From the NCBI GenBank assembly GCA_028286585.1, contig JAQBRI010000001.1:1-52257 (forward strand): DNA of 52,257 nt, read 5' to 3'. Source of the DNA: Candidatus Kaiserbacteria bacterium (lineage in GTDB: Bacteria; Patescibacteriota; Minisyncoccia; Phycocordibacterales; UBA2100). Both the position numbers and the translations under genes were made by a program. Positions 29,601-38,148 of this stretch are shown here, in pieces. The notes under the pieces are model-generated. The model saw only the letters and a list, made by a program, of their open reading frames with translations, ran no database searches and was not told the origin of the DNA. Numbering within the stretch: position 1 is the first letter of the stretch; each line of letters opens with the position of its first letter.

Positions 29601-30233
29601 ATGCTTAACAAATCACGTCTCGAAAATTTGAGTGATGGTCTTTTTGCCATCGTACTAACGCTGCTCGTTTTTGATATCAAGCTACCTATCGAAGAGGGAA
29701 TCAAAACGAATGCCACGGTGTATGGAATCTTGATTAGTCTTGAGCCATTATTTATACAATTTCTAATAAGTTTTGTTGTATTGGCAATGTTTTGGATTTC
29801 CCATAATTTCTTCTATTCATATTTTGCACTCACCATCAACAGAACGCTGGTCTTACTTAATCTAGTATATCTGGGCCTTATTTCGTTTATTCCTTTCTCT
29901 GCTCGTTTGCTAGGATCTAATCTTCATGTACCTCTCGCTATCATGTTCTATGGATTTAATATTCTTCTGATCTCTTTTGTGAATGTAATCATCTTTAGGT
30001 ATGCACTCTATTCCCACGAAATAGACACTGGTGATCTTGAATCGGATTCACGACTTTTTAAGCAAGCGACTATTCGTCAAAATCTCACCGTCGTAAGTAC
30101 GCTCGCAGGAATAGTGGCAGCGTACTTTTCGACTGCAGCTGCACTTTTGCTGTACTCGTTTCCGATTATCTTTAATATCATTCCAGGGAGCCTGAACATG
30201 CTGGAAAGAATTTTTGGCTTTAAACTCGAATAG
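29601..30233 (+). CDS. TMEM175/DUF1211-family potassium channel-like membrane protein
   Basis: RLENLSDGLFAIVLTLLVFD matches the RxxxFSDGxxAxxxTLLV signature. Six predicted TM helices. Confidence 0.7.
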   Translation: MLNKSRLENLSDGLFAIVLTLLVFDIKLPIEEGIKTNATVYGILISLEPLFIQFLISFVVLAMFWISHNFFYSYFALTINRTLVLLNLVYLGLISFIPFSARLLGSNLHVPLAIMFYGFNILLISFVNVIIFRYALYSHEIDTGDLESDSRLFKQATIRQNLTVVSTLAGIVAAYFSTAAALLLYSFPIIFNIIPGSLNMLERIFGFKLE

Positions 30234-30331
30234 ATAATCTTACAGTTCAATGTATTGATTTGATATTTTTAAATTTTCTGTCATATTTTGTAGGGAATTT
30301 CCCACTGCGGGAACATGGAGGGCGCGAGATC

Positions 30332-31051
30332 ATGAGCATTACAAACTGCTTTACGCTCGAAAAGAGTGGCGCGATCGTTCAGGGTATCAAAGGCGTGGAA
30401 AAAGTCTGCGGGGTTTATAGGCTTACCGTTTCGCATGAGAAAAAAAGCATAACGGTACCTTTTCAGTTTCGTGATGGGCGATTGCCCGGAATCAGTATTG
30501 ATCGGACAAAACTATTGCATGCAGTTCCGTCTGCTGCCTATCTAAAAGAACACGGCCGCAAAAAGTTTGAGCTTATGCCTGCAAGTGAGTCACCAACTTG
30601 CCGGATTCTGCGCATTGATACCGACGGGCTTTGTTTCGATTTCGATCCGATTGCAGCCGACGACCTAAATCTGTGGCCGGGGTACAGCGGTACACCGGAG
30701 GCACTTTGCACCGTCGGTAAAAAATCAAGACATAAGGTGCAGCTCGTCGTATGCAATCCACATGCGGGAATTTTAGTCGTAGATTCGTCGCAGCGAGTGG
30801 CAAACATTATGTACAGTGATGCTGCACAAGAATTTATCGTGAGGCCGGCTTGGCCCATCGAAGTGATTCGGCAAATATATGCGTATGTTCTTTCTCAGTT
30901 AGCGAGTACCGATATCGAAAGGCGTAATAAGGTGCGAATGTTAGAGTGGGCTCGGCATACAATAGAGGCACTCCCGAACAAAGACGCAAAGATACGGGAT
31001 TATTTGAGCCTGGTCAATCGTCGCTACCGTGAGGTCATAAGTAGTTTGTAG
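30332..31051 (+). CDS. Hypothetical protein (239 aa from ATG 30332)
   Basis: Intact ORF with RBS GGAGGG 9 nt upstream of ATG 30332. The ORF-track start at 30260 is TTG. No recognisable motifs. Confidence 0.5.
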   Translation: MSITNCFTLEKSGAIVQGIKGVEKVCGVYRLTVSHEKKSITVPFQFRDGRLPGISIDRTKLLHAVPSAAYLKEHGRKKFELMPASESPTCRILRIDTDGLCFDFDPIAADDLNLWPGYSGTPEALCTVGKKSRHKVQLVVCNPHAGILVVDSSQRVANIMYSDAAQEFIVRPAWPIEVIRQIYAYVLSQLASTDIERRNKVRMLEWARHTIEALPNKDAKIRDYLSLVNRRYREVISSL

Positions 31052-31081
31052 ATTACACAAACTACAATTGGACAAAATAAA

Positions 31082-31112
31082 AAGGCCGTCGAAACAAGTG
31101 TTCGACGGCCTT
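31082..31112. terminator. 12-bp stem hairpin between convergent genes; the T-tract is on the minus-strand (purF) side
   Basis: AAGGCCGTCGAA pairs with TTCGACGGCCTT. Read on the minus strand it is followed by TTTTTATTTT. Confidence 0.7.
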
Positions 31113-31150
31113 CTAGTGTAAAGAAATTGGCTTGAATCTTAAAACAAAGA

Positions 31151-32473
31151 TCAGTGCCAGTATTTTCCGTCCATACAGGCGAAACAGGATCCGTTACCAT
31201 CCGGCAGTAGTTGTTTTAATGATATGAGCGGAAGAAAGTGTAGCGAGGTCGCGCCCATTTGTACTCGTATCTGTTCGGCAGAATGGTGTGCAGCGAGAAG
31301 TTCATTTTCCTCTGGGGTGTTTATGCCATAGTAACAAGGTTTTTTGATCGGAGGAGATCCGACCAAAAAATGCACTTCCTTTGCTCCAAGGGTCTTGAGC
31401 ATGTTCACAATTTTTGGACCTGTGGTACCACGGACAATAGAGTCGTCAACCACTGCAATACGTTTTCCTTGAATTGCACCTCTTGTAAAGGAAAATTTTT
31501 GTGCAACATCAAGATCTCGCAGCGCCTGGGTTGCCGCAATAAAGGTGCGACCGACATAATGACTTCGTATTATTCCCGGGTGATACAAGGTTCCTGTGCC
31601 CTGTGCATATCCTAGTGCAATAAATTTTGAGCTGTCCGGGATATCCATCACAACGTCAACGTCTACTGGAAATAATCGTGCCAACTCGCGTCCGATGTTG
31701 ATGCGAAATTGATCTACCTCAACTCCAAATGTGCTACTCGATGGATGTGCAAAATATATCAGTTCAAACGGACAGATTTTTAGATCGGGCTCTGCAAACT
31801 TAATAGTCCGAATACTGCTACTGGTAATGACACACATCGAGCCAGCAGGGACGTCGAAAAAAGTATCAACGCCAAATGTTGGGAACACACACGTTTCCGA
31901 ACTTACAAAGTGGCTTTGATCTTTGCTTCCAATCGAGAGCGGTCGATTACCAGACGCATCTCGAATAGCGATCATTTTTTGCGGAAGCATAACAACCAGC
32001 GCGTAACTCCCTTTGAGTAAAGGAAGAATTGTCTGCAGATCTTTTTCAATATCGCCAGTGTGGTGATGTGCAAGAAGGTGCAAAATATATTCAGTGTCCA
32101 TCGAAGTTGCATTTCTGCGCTCTTCGAGCTTGTTGCGCAATTCGGATACATTGGTGAGATTTCCATTGTGAGCGAGCACAATTGGCAACTTTCCATAAGA
32201 TCCCCGAACGGGTTGAATATTTATGCGCGTTGGATCGTCTGCAACGGTTGGATAGCGTATGTGACCCAAGGCATACCTGCCATGCAGCCGATTGAGCGCC
32301 TCTGCTTTGAAATTACGCGCTACTCCCTTTACATATTCGAAGTATGGATTTCCTGAACGATCGAACGATGTTACACCAGCATAGTCTATGGCCCTGTGTT
32401 GAATACCATGAAGGCCAATGACAGCCAATTCCGCTGCCTTTGGCATATTATAAACCGCGAAGATTCCGCACAT
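31151..32473 (-). CDS. purF: Amidophosphoribosyltransferase
   Basis: N-terminal nucleophile MCGIFAV, PRPP loop VVDDSIVRGTT, and Cys residues including a C-terminal CFAC consistent with the Fe-S type. Confidence 0.9.
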   Translation of the reverse strand: MCGIFAVYNMPKAAELAVIGLHGIQHRAIDYAGVTSFDRSGNPYFEYVKGVARNFKAEALNRLHGRYALGHIRYPTVADDPTRINIQPVRGSYGKLPIVLAHNGNLTNVSELRNKLEERRNATSMDTEYILHLLAHHHTGDIEKDLQTILPLLKGSYALVVMLPQKMIAIRDASGNRPLSIGSKDQSHFVSSETCVFPTFGVDTFFDVPAGSMCVITSSSIRTIKFAEPDLKICPFELIYFAHPSSSTFGVEVDQFRINIGRELARLFPVDVDVVMDIPDSSKFIALGYAQGTGTLYHPGIIRSHYVGRTFIAATQALRDLDVAQKFSFTRGAIQGKRIAVVDDSIVRGTTGPKIVNMLKTLGAKEVHFLVGSPPIKKPCYYGINTPEENELLAAHHSAEQIRVQMGATSLHFLPLISLKQLLPDGNGSCFACMDGKYWH

Positions 32474-32593
32474 GTTTGTATCCCTATTTCAAGGATCAGA
32501 AATTTGATTCCATACCAATTAGAGCAAATGTAATGATTCATAACAAGTCGTGGGTCTTTTTTCGTACCTCGGAGTGAATAATTTCTTTTATTT

Positions 32594-32658
32594 GTGTGGA
32601 TAACTGGTTTGTGGTGGGGAGAAGTGTATTAATATGTAACCTAGTGGGAGAAAGTGGT
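32594..32658 (+). promoter_or_regulatory. Candidate MraZ operator: seven 10-bp-phased TG(G/T) boxes overlapping an extended -10 (TGTATTAAT)
   Basis: TG occurs at 32595, 32605, 32615, 32625, 32635, 32645 and 32655, in the contexts GTGTG, CTGGT, GTGGG, GTGTA, ATGTA, GTGGG and GTGGT. TGtATTAAT lies at 32625-32633. Confidence 0.5.
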
Positions 32659-32716
32659 ATTTTGTCCGTTCGGCGCACGAGCAGATAGAGTAGTGCGATC
32701 TCCCACCTGGACTCTC

Positions 32717-33151
32717 ATGTTAATCGGCGAATTCGAACACACATTGGATGAAAAAAAGCGGGTTACGTTGCCTAAGTCGTTTGTGAAGGAATTAGGAAAG
32801 AGAATGTTCCTCACGAGGGGACTCGACGGTTGTTTGTTCCTTTTTTCCCTCAATGGTTGGGAGAAAATGTCGAGCAAGTTACAAGCACTCTCGTTTGCAC
32901 AAGCCGACACACGAGGATTCAACCGTTTTTTGCTTTCGGGTGCTATCGAAGTAGAGGCTGATTCTGCAGGAAGAATACTCATTCCTGATCATCAGAAGCA
33001 GTTTGCTTCACTCAAGAAGACTGTCGTGTTTGCAGGAGTTTCCGACAGGGTCGAAATTTGGGACGCTTCACAGTGGAAACAATATAAGGCGCGTATCGAA
33101 AAACAGGCTGATGCTATGGCAGAAAAATTGGGTGAAATTGGTGCGTTGTAA
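32717..33151 (+). CDS. mraZ: Transcriptional regulator MraZ
   Basis: MLIGEFEHTLDEKKRVTLPKSF...GRILIPDH (duplicated SpoVT/AbrB-like halves). ATG 32717 is preferred over GTG 32654. Confidence 0.9.
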   Translation: MLIGEFEHTLDEKKRVTLPKSFVKELGKRMFLTRGLDGCLFLFSLNGWEKMSSKLQALSFAQADTRGFNRFLLSGAIEVEADSAGRILIPDHQKQFASLKKTVVFAGVSDRVEIWDASQWKQYKARIEKQADAMAEKLGEIGAL

Positions 33152-33196
33152 GTGTAGGTTTTGATTACATCAAGCCGTTGGAGGATTTTATACGTC

Positions 33197-34147
33197 ATGC
33201 GCACGCGACTTTTACCATCCTCCAACGACTCGGTGTCGTCAGAAAAACCAGAAATGGTTAAAACTGGTCACCGTACAGTTCTTTTACAAGAAGCGATAGA
33301 AATACTTGAAATCAAAGTAACCGATGTTGCACTTGATGCAACGCTCGGCGGAATTGGTCATTCCCGTCTCATGGCGGATAGGCTAGGGAAAAAGGGAATG
33401 CTGATAGGCTTTGATCTTGATAGTGAGGCAATTGCACGCGCAAAGGATATTTTACATGGTTCAGCATCAGAGATGCTGTTTATAAACAAAAATTTTAGAT
33501 ATATAGAAAGGGAACTGCAGGCGCGTGAGATACCACACATAGACAAAGCACTATTCGATCTCGGATGGAGCGGCTTTCAGCTTACGGCAGGAAGGGGTTT
33601 TTCATTCCTTCGGGATGAGCCACTTCTTATGACCTACGGTGACGGTCTTACGGGGCTCACTGCCCGAGAGATCGTGAACGAATGGGACGAAGAGTCGATT
33701 GCGGACATTATCTACGGATGGGGCGAGGAACACTATTCTCGCGGCATTGCCCGCTCAATCGTAACGGAGCGCAGTATTAAGCCAATCGAAACATCGATGC
33801 AGCTTGCAGAGATTGTACGTAGCTCGGTTCCTGCTGCATATCGCAAAGGCCGATTGCATCCAGCAACAAAGACGTTTCAGGCACTGCGCATCGCCGTCAA
33901 TGACGAAATGGGAGCGCTTCGCGACGGACTAAATGGGGCGTGGAATATGTTACGTCCGGGCGGAAGAATCGCGGTCATAACATTTCACAGTATCGAAGAT
34001 CGGTTTGTAAAGCAGTATTTTCTAAAGCTCGAGACCGACGGATTGGGAGAACGGGTCACACGCAAAGTCATCGCACCGTCGCGCGAAGAGGTTCGCGAAA
34101 ATCCGCGTGCACGTAGCGCAAAATTGAGAGTTGTTACAAAAATTTGA
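33197..34147 (+). CDS. rsmH: 16S rRNA (cytosine1402-N4)-methyltransferase
   Basis: HRTVLLQEAIE, DATLGGIGHS, DLGWSGFQL, FQALRIAVNDE, ITFHSIEDR, NPRARSAKLR. Start is uncertain (33197 or 33254). Confidence 0.9.
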   Translation: MRTRLLPSSNDSVSSEKPEMVKTGHRTVLLQEAIEILEIKVTDVALDATLGGIGHSRLMADRLGKKGMLIGFDLDSEAIARAKDILHGSASEMLFINKNFRYIERELQAREIPHIDKALFDLGWSGFQLTAGRGFSFLRDEPLLMTYGDGLTGLTAREIVNEWDEESIADIIYGWGEEHYSRGIARSIVTERSIKPIETSMQLAEIVRSSVPAAYRKGRLHPATKTFQALRIAVNDEMGALRDGLNGAWNMLRPGGRIAVITFHSIEDRFVKQYFLKLETDGLGERVTRKVIAPSREEVRENPRARSAKLRVVTKI

Positions 34148-34155
34148 AAAAAATT

Positions 34156-34494
34156 ATGAAATCACATACAAAAAGTTTGAGTATTCAAAATCCCTGGGAG
34201 CGCGTGGCCTTGCGCGTTGTATGCGTCGCACTTGCGGCACTTGTCTGTACCTATTTATATTTGATTATATTTTCGATCACTAATGTCATGACGATGAAAG
34301 AGGCACAAGTACAAAGTCAGCGAATAGAAAATTCAATAAGTATGCTCGACACGCAGTATTTTAACCTCACAAAGAGTATTACTCCCGAAGACGGTATCGC
34401 TCTTGGTCTGGGCTCGGTGGAAGTGCCACAATATATTACACGTCCGGGCGTAATGACGATGGATGCAACTGCAGATCATTCCACATCCTTGTAG
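34156..34494 (+). CDS. ftsL: FtsL-like single-pass cell-division protein (assigned by position)
   Basis: One TM helix (VALRVVCVALAALVCTYLYLIIF) followed by a helical region. Sits between rsmH and ftsI, as in dcw clusters. Confidence 0.5.
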   Translation: MKSHTKSLSIQNPWERVALRVVCVALAALVCTYLYLIIFSITNVMTMKEAQVQSQRIENSISMLDTQYFNLTKSITPEDGIALGLGSVEVPQYITRPGVMTMDATADHSTSL

Positions 34495-34518
34495 TAGTGA
34501 TACTATTAAGTTGCGTCT

Positions 34519-36255
34519 ATGGGTAAGTCTACAAAAAGTTCCTCCAGTATGGTATTTCGTTCGAGAGTGTTGTGCGCTTTTTTTATACTTTTAGCATTAC
34601 TTATTATTGCGCGGCTTTATTTTGTGCAAATAGTCCACGGTGAGTCATATGCGGCACAGGCGCAAAGTCAGTATGTTGAACAAAATTCTGACCAGGAATC
34701 GCGAGGAACCATTTTTTTTACAAAAAGAGACGGTACGCTTGTTGCAGCAGCTGTTATGCAGTCGGGTTGGCGCATTGCAATAAATCCGTCTCAAATACTT
34801 GATGCGCACGCTGCGTATGCAGCTATGAATGCAGTGACACCAATCGATGAAGGAAAGTTTATGGATGCTGCAAGTAAGAAAAAAGATCCGTACGAAGAAG
34901 TTGCTTTTCGCCTAGATGACGCTACCGAAGCCAAGATCGCGGCCCTTAAACTTTCGGGGGTAATTTTGGTGCATGATCAATGGAGAAATTATCCAGGAGG
35001 CAATCTTGCAAGCCAAATACTTGGATTTATAAGCTATCGAGGAAATACTCGAGTAGGAATGTACGGGCTCGAGCGTCAGTACCAAAACACGCTTTCAATA
35101 TCAAACAACGGACTTTTTATTAATCCGTTTGCCGAAATTTTTTCCAATATTTCTGATGCGGTAAAAGTCGATCCTACAGATGGAAAAGGTTCCATCATTA
35201 CGACCATTGAGCCGGCGGTACAAACGCAGCTCGAAAAAGTTCTCAACAATGTTATGGATCAATACACACCTGATTTTGATGGTGGAATTGTTATGGACCC
35301 GCATACTGGGGCGATTATCGCAATGGCGGGCATGCCATCATTTGACCCTAATACATTTAATACGGTTGATAATCCAACGGTCTTTCAAGATAAGCTTGTC
35401 GAAGGCAGGTATGAGCTTGGTTCTATCATGAAGCCGCTTACAATGGCTGCTGGAATCGATTCTGGAGCAATCACAACGGCAACGACATACAATGATACCG
35501 GCTGTATTATACGTAGCGGCAAGCGTGTCTGCGATTTTGACTTTGTGCCGCGCGGAGTAATACCAATGCAAGAGATTCTCAACCAATCGCTCAACCTCGG
35601 CGCTACCTTTGTTGCTGATACAATGGGACATCCTACTCAAACCAAATATGTGCATGCATATGGATTTGGAAGCACGACTGGAATTGATCTGCCAAATGAG
35701 GTGATGGGTGACCTGTCACCCTTGGGCAATGGTAATGGGCCTGATGTAAACTATGCGACTGCTTCGTTTGGACAAGGGGTCTCGGTGTCGCCAATAGAAA
35801 TGGCACGAGCACTTGCTTCGCTAGCAAACGGAGGCGTATTACCAAGCCCGCATGTCGTGAGCGCGGTACAATACCAAAGTGGCATAATTCGGGCTGTGCC
35901 AATTGCACCAGGGGTCCGTGTACTTGCCACGTCATCTGCTGAAACCGTTACCAACATGTTGATTCAGGTGTACGACAAGGCACTCATGAAAGGAACACTG
36001 AAGCAGGAACACTATTCGATTGCCGCAAAAACGGGAACGGCACAAATCCCGGCAAAAGGCGGCGGATACTTACCACCCGGCACATATCTCCATTCATTTT
36101 TTGGATATTTTCCTGCGCATGACCCCAAGTTCATCATTTTCCTTTTTGCCTTTAAGCCGCATGGTCAGGAATATGCTTCGGCAACGCTTGCCAACCCATT
36201 TCTTAATATGGCACAATTCCTAATAAATTATTACAATCTACCACCAGACCGATGA
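34519..36255 (+). CDS. ftsI: Penicillin-binding protein 2/3 class transpeptidase (FtsI-like)
   Basis: N-terminal anchor, SxxK (GSIMKP) and KTGT (AKTGTA). dcw context. Confidence 0.85.
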   Translation: MGKSTKSSSSMVFRSRVLCAFFILLALLIIARLYFVQIVHGESYAAQAQSQYVEQNSDQESRGTIFFTKRDGTLVAAAVMQSGWRIAINPSQILDAHAAYAAMNAVTPIDEGKFMDAASKKKDPYEEVAFRLDDATEAKIAALKLSGVILVHDQWRNYPGGNLASQILGFISYRGNTRVGMYGLERQYQNTLSISNNGLFINPFAEIFSNISDAVKVDPTDGKGSIITTIEPAVQTQLEKVLNNVMDQYTPDFDGGIVMDPHTGAIIAMAGMPSFDPNTFNTVDNPTVFQDKLVEGRYELGSIMKPLTMAAGIDSGAITTATTYNDTGCIIRSGKRVCDFDFVPRGVIPMQEILNQSLNLGATFVADTMGHPTQTKYVHAYGFGSTTGIDLPNEVMGDLSPLGNGNGPDVNYATASFGQGVSVSPIEMARALASLANGGVLPSPHVVSAVQYQSGIIRAVPIAPGVRVLATSSAETVTNMLIQVYDKALMKGTLKQEHYSIAAKTGTAQIPAKGGGYLPPGTYLHSFFGYFPAHDPKFIIFLFAFKPHGQEYASATLANPFLNMAQFLINYYNLPPDR

Positions 36256-36256
36256 T

Positions 36257-37546
36257 ATGGACTTCATAAAAAAAATCATAGTAGCAATTCTTACACTCGA
36301 AGCACGCCTGGTGCTTTGGCGGTATAAGCCTCGCATTATTGCGGTCACCGGCAGTGTCGGAAAAACTACTACCAAAGATGCAATTTTTGCCGCACTTTCT
36401 TCAAATTTGCACATACGCAAAAGCGAAAAAAGTCTCAACAGTGACTTTGGCGTGCCGCTCACAATTCTTGGGCTTGAGAGCGGTTGGAATGATCCTTTAA
36501 AGTGGTTTAGTAATATATTCCAAGGATTATTACAAATTCTTATTCGCACTAATTATCCAGAATGGCTTGTGATAGAAGTGGGGGCAGACAGGCCGGGTGA
36601 CATTCGTCGCATCGCGCGCTGGCTGCGGCCAGACATTGCTGTGATTACTGCGATTCCAAAAATTCCCGTACATGTCGAATACTTTGCATCGCCCGAAGAA
36701 GTGTTTAAGGAAAAACGCGCGCTCGCAGAATATCTTAAGCCAGGCGGTACACTCGTATTGTATGGAGACGACAGTCGATTACAGAATGCTAGTACCCTTT
36801 TCCAGGGAGCGACTGTTACCTATGGTTATGATGATAAGAACACCTTTACCATCTCGCACGACGCCATACTGTATGAGGGTTCTACTCCGACCGGTATTTC
36901 ATTTAGGGTAGATTATGCTGGTGCGTCTATTCCTATCGTATTGTACGGAGCACTAGGAAGGCCACGAGCGTATGCGGGAACAGCGGCACTTGCAGTTGCA
37001 ACCATAATTCAAAACAACATGATCGAGGCAGGGCAGTCGCTGGGCAATTGGACACCTTCTCCTGGACGACTGCGACTAATTCCGGGAATGCATAACTCAA
37101 CTATCATCGACGATACCTATAACGCATCTCCCGCAGCTACAACAGCCGCGCTTGATACGCTCAAAAATGTTTCGGCACAGCGAAGAATACTTATGATTGC
37201 CGACATGATGGAACTTGGAAAATATTCTGCTGATGCGCATAAAGAAATAGGAGTCTATGCTGCAGCATGTTGTGACGTACTCATCACTGTTGGATTTCGT
37301 GCGCGAGCAATAGCCGAGGCGGCGCTTGATGCTGGCATGCGTGACGAGCAAGTACTGCAATATGAGCAAGGTGAAAGTGAGCGAGCAGGACTCGAGCTTG
37401 CCCCAAACGTGAAAGAAGGGGATGTAATTCTGGTCAAAGGATCACAGTCGATGCGGATGGAAAAGGCTGTCGCTGCTCTGCTTGCTCAGCCAGAAAAGGC
37501 AGCAGAACTTCTCGTTCGGCAGGATGAAGCGTGGCAAAATAGATAA
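36257..37546 (+). CDS. murF: UDP-N-acetylmuramoyl-tripeptide--D-alanyl-D-alanine ligase
   Basis: P-loop VTGSVGKTTTKD and Mur ligase middle and C-terminal domains (IDDTYNASP, VKGSQSMRME). Confidence 0.85.
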   Translation: MDFIKKIIVAILTLEARLVLWRYKPRIIAVTGSVGKTTTKDAIFAALSSNLHIRKSEKSLNSDFGVPLTILGLESGWNDPLKWFSNIFQGLLQILIRTNYPEWLVIEVGADRPGDIRRIARWLRPDIAVITAIPKIPVHVEYFASPEEVFKEKRALAEYLKPGGTLVLYGDDSRLQNASTLFQGATVTYGYDDKNTFTISHDAILYEGSTPTGISFRVDYAGASIPIVLYGALGRPRAYAGTAALAVATIIQNNMIEAGQSLGNWTPSPGRLRLIPGMHNSTIIDDTYNASPAATTAALDTLKNVSAQRRILMIADMMELGKYSADAHKEIGVYAAACCDVLITVGFRARAIAEAALDAGMRDEQVLQYEQGESERAGLELAPNVKEGDVILVKGSQSMRMEKAVAALLAQPEKAAELLVRQDEAWQNR

Positions 37547-37572
37547 AAATACGCTATTATCCTGAATACAAG

Positions 37573-37610
37573 GGCCCTATCGTCTAAAGGTTAGGACGGA
37601 TCCTTCTCTG
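37573..37610 (+). pseudogene. Orphan 5' half of a tRNA-Glu(CUC)-like gene (acceptor 5' strand, D-arm, anticodon stem 5' strand and loop)
   Basis: GGCCCTA-TC-GTCT-AAAGGTTA-GGAC-G-GATCC-TTCTCTG. Of the first 36 nt, 31 are identical to the intact tRNA-Glu at 37747. No 3' half follows. Confidence 0.7.
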
Positions 37611-37665
37611 GTTTGAATAGAGTGAGATGCGAATACTTGGAGCTTCGCAAGACCGGAGAGCGACG

Positions 37666-37691
37666 GCTCGAGGTGGGGTCGAGCAATTTTT
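37666..37691 (+). terminator. Terminator-like hairpin downstream of the tRNA half
   Basis: GCTCGA-GGTGGGG-TCGAGC, then AA and TTTTT. Confidence 0.6.
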
Positions 37692-37746
37692 CAGCAGAAA
37701 AATATGCGTGACCGATTCTGTGTTTTCGTAGTATAAATATCATATT

Positions 37747-37821
37747 GGCTCTATCGTCTATCGGTTAGGACACATCCTTCTCAAGGATGGAAGCAGGGTT
37801 CGACTCCCTGTAGAGTCGCCA
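37747..37821 (+). tRNA. tRNA-Glu (anticodon CTC), CCA encoded
   Basis: GGCTCTA-TC-GTCT-ATCGGTTA-GGAC-A-CATCC-TTCTCAA-GGATG-GAAG-CAGGG-TTCGACT-CCCTG-TAGAGTC-G-CCA. Confidence 0.92.
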
Positions 37822-37846
37822 CAGAAAAGTTTGCTATACTAAACAT

Positions 37847-38146
37847 ATGAAATGGAATCCTATATACAACGCCATTGGTGCAGCTGCGTATGTGTGGACT
37901 GTAGGAATTGTAATGAACTACGTTGGCCAGACACATAGTAATGTGCCCGACACTTTTATCGACCCAATTGTAGTACTTTCGCTACTTGTCTTTTCGGCAG
38001 CGCTGATGGGATTTCTTTTTTTCTATTATCCCGCAATACTCCTGATCGAAAACAAAAAGAAAGAAGCAGTAGATTTTTTCCTTAAAACACTTGGAGTATT
38101 TGGACTGCTTACGTTAGTTGCAGTACTCACCGTGCTATATACATAA
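37847..38146 (+). CDS. Small three-TM membrane protein (99 aa), function unknown
   Basis: Three hydrophobic helices; intact ORF right after the tRNA. Confidence 0.55.
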   Translation: MKWNPIYNAIGAAAYVWTVGIVMNYVGQTHSNVPDTFIDPIVVLSLLVFSAALMGFLFFYYPAILLIENKKKEAVDFFLKTLGVFGLLTLVAVLTVLYT

Positions 38147-38148
38147 AA

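Noticed and set aside
37609-37746. Group I (or other) intron interrupting the first tRNA-Glu
   Set aside because: Only about 138 nt separate it from the next, complete tRNA. No 3' exon (3' anticodon-stem strand, T-arm, acceptor 3' strand) is present, and the insert is too short for known group I cores.
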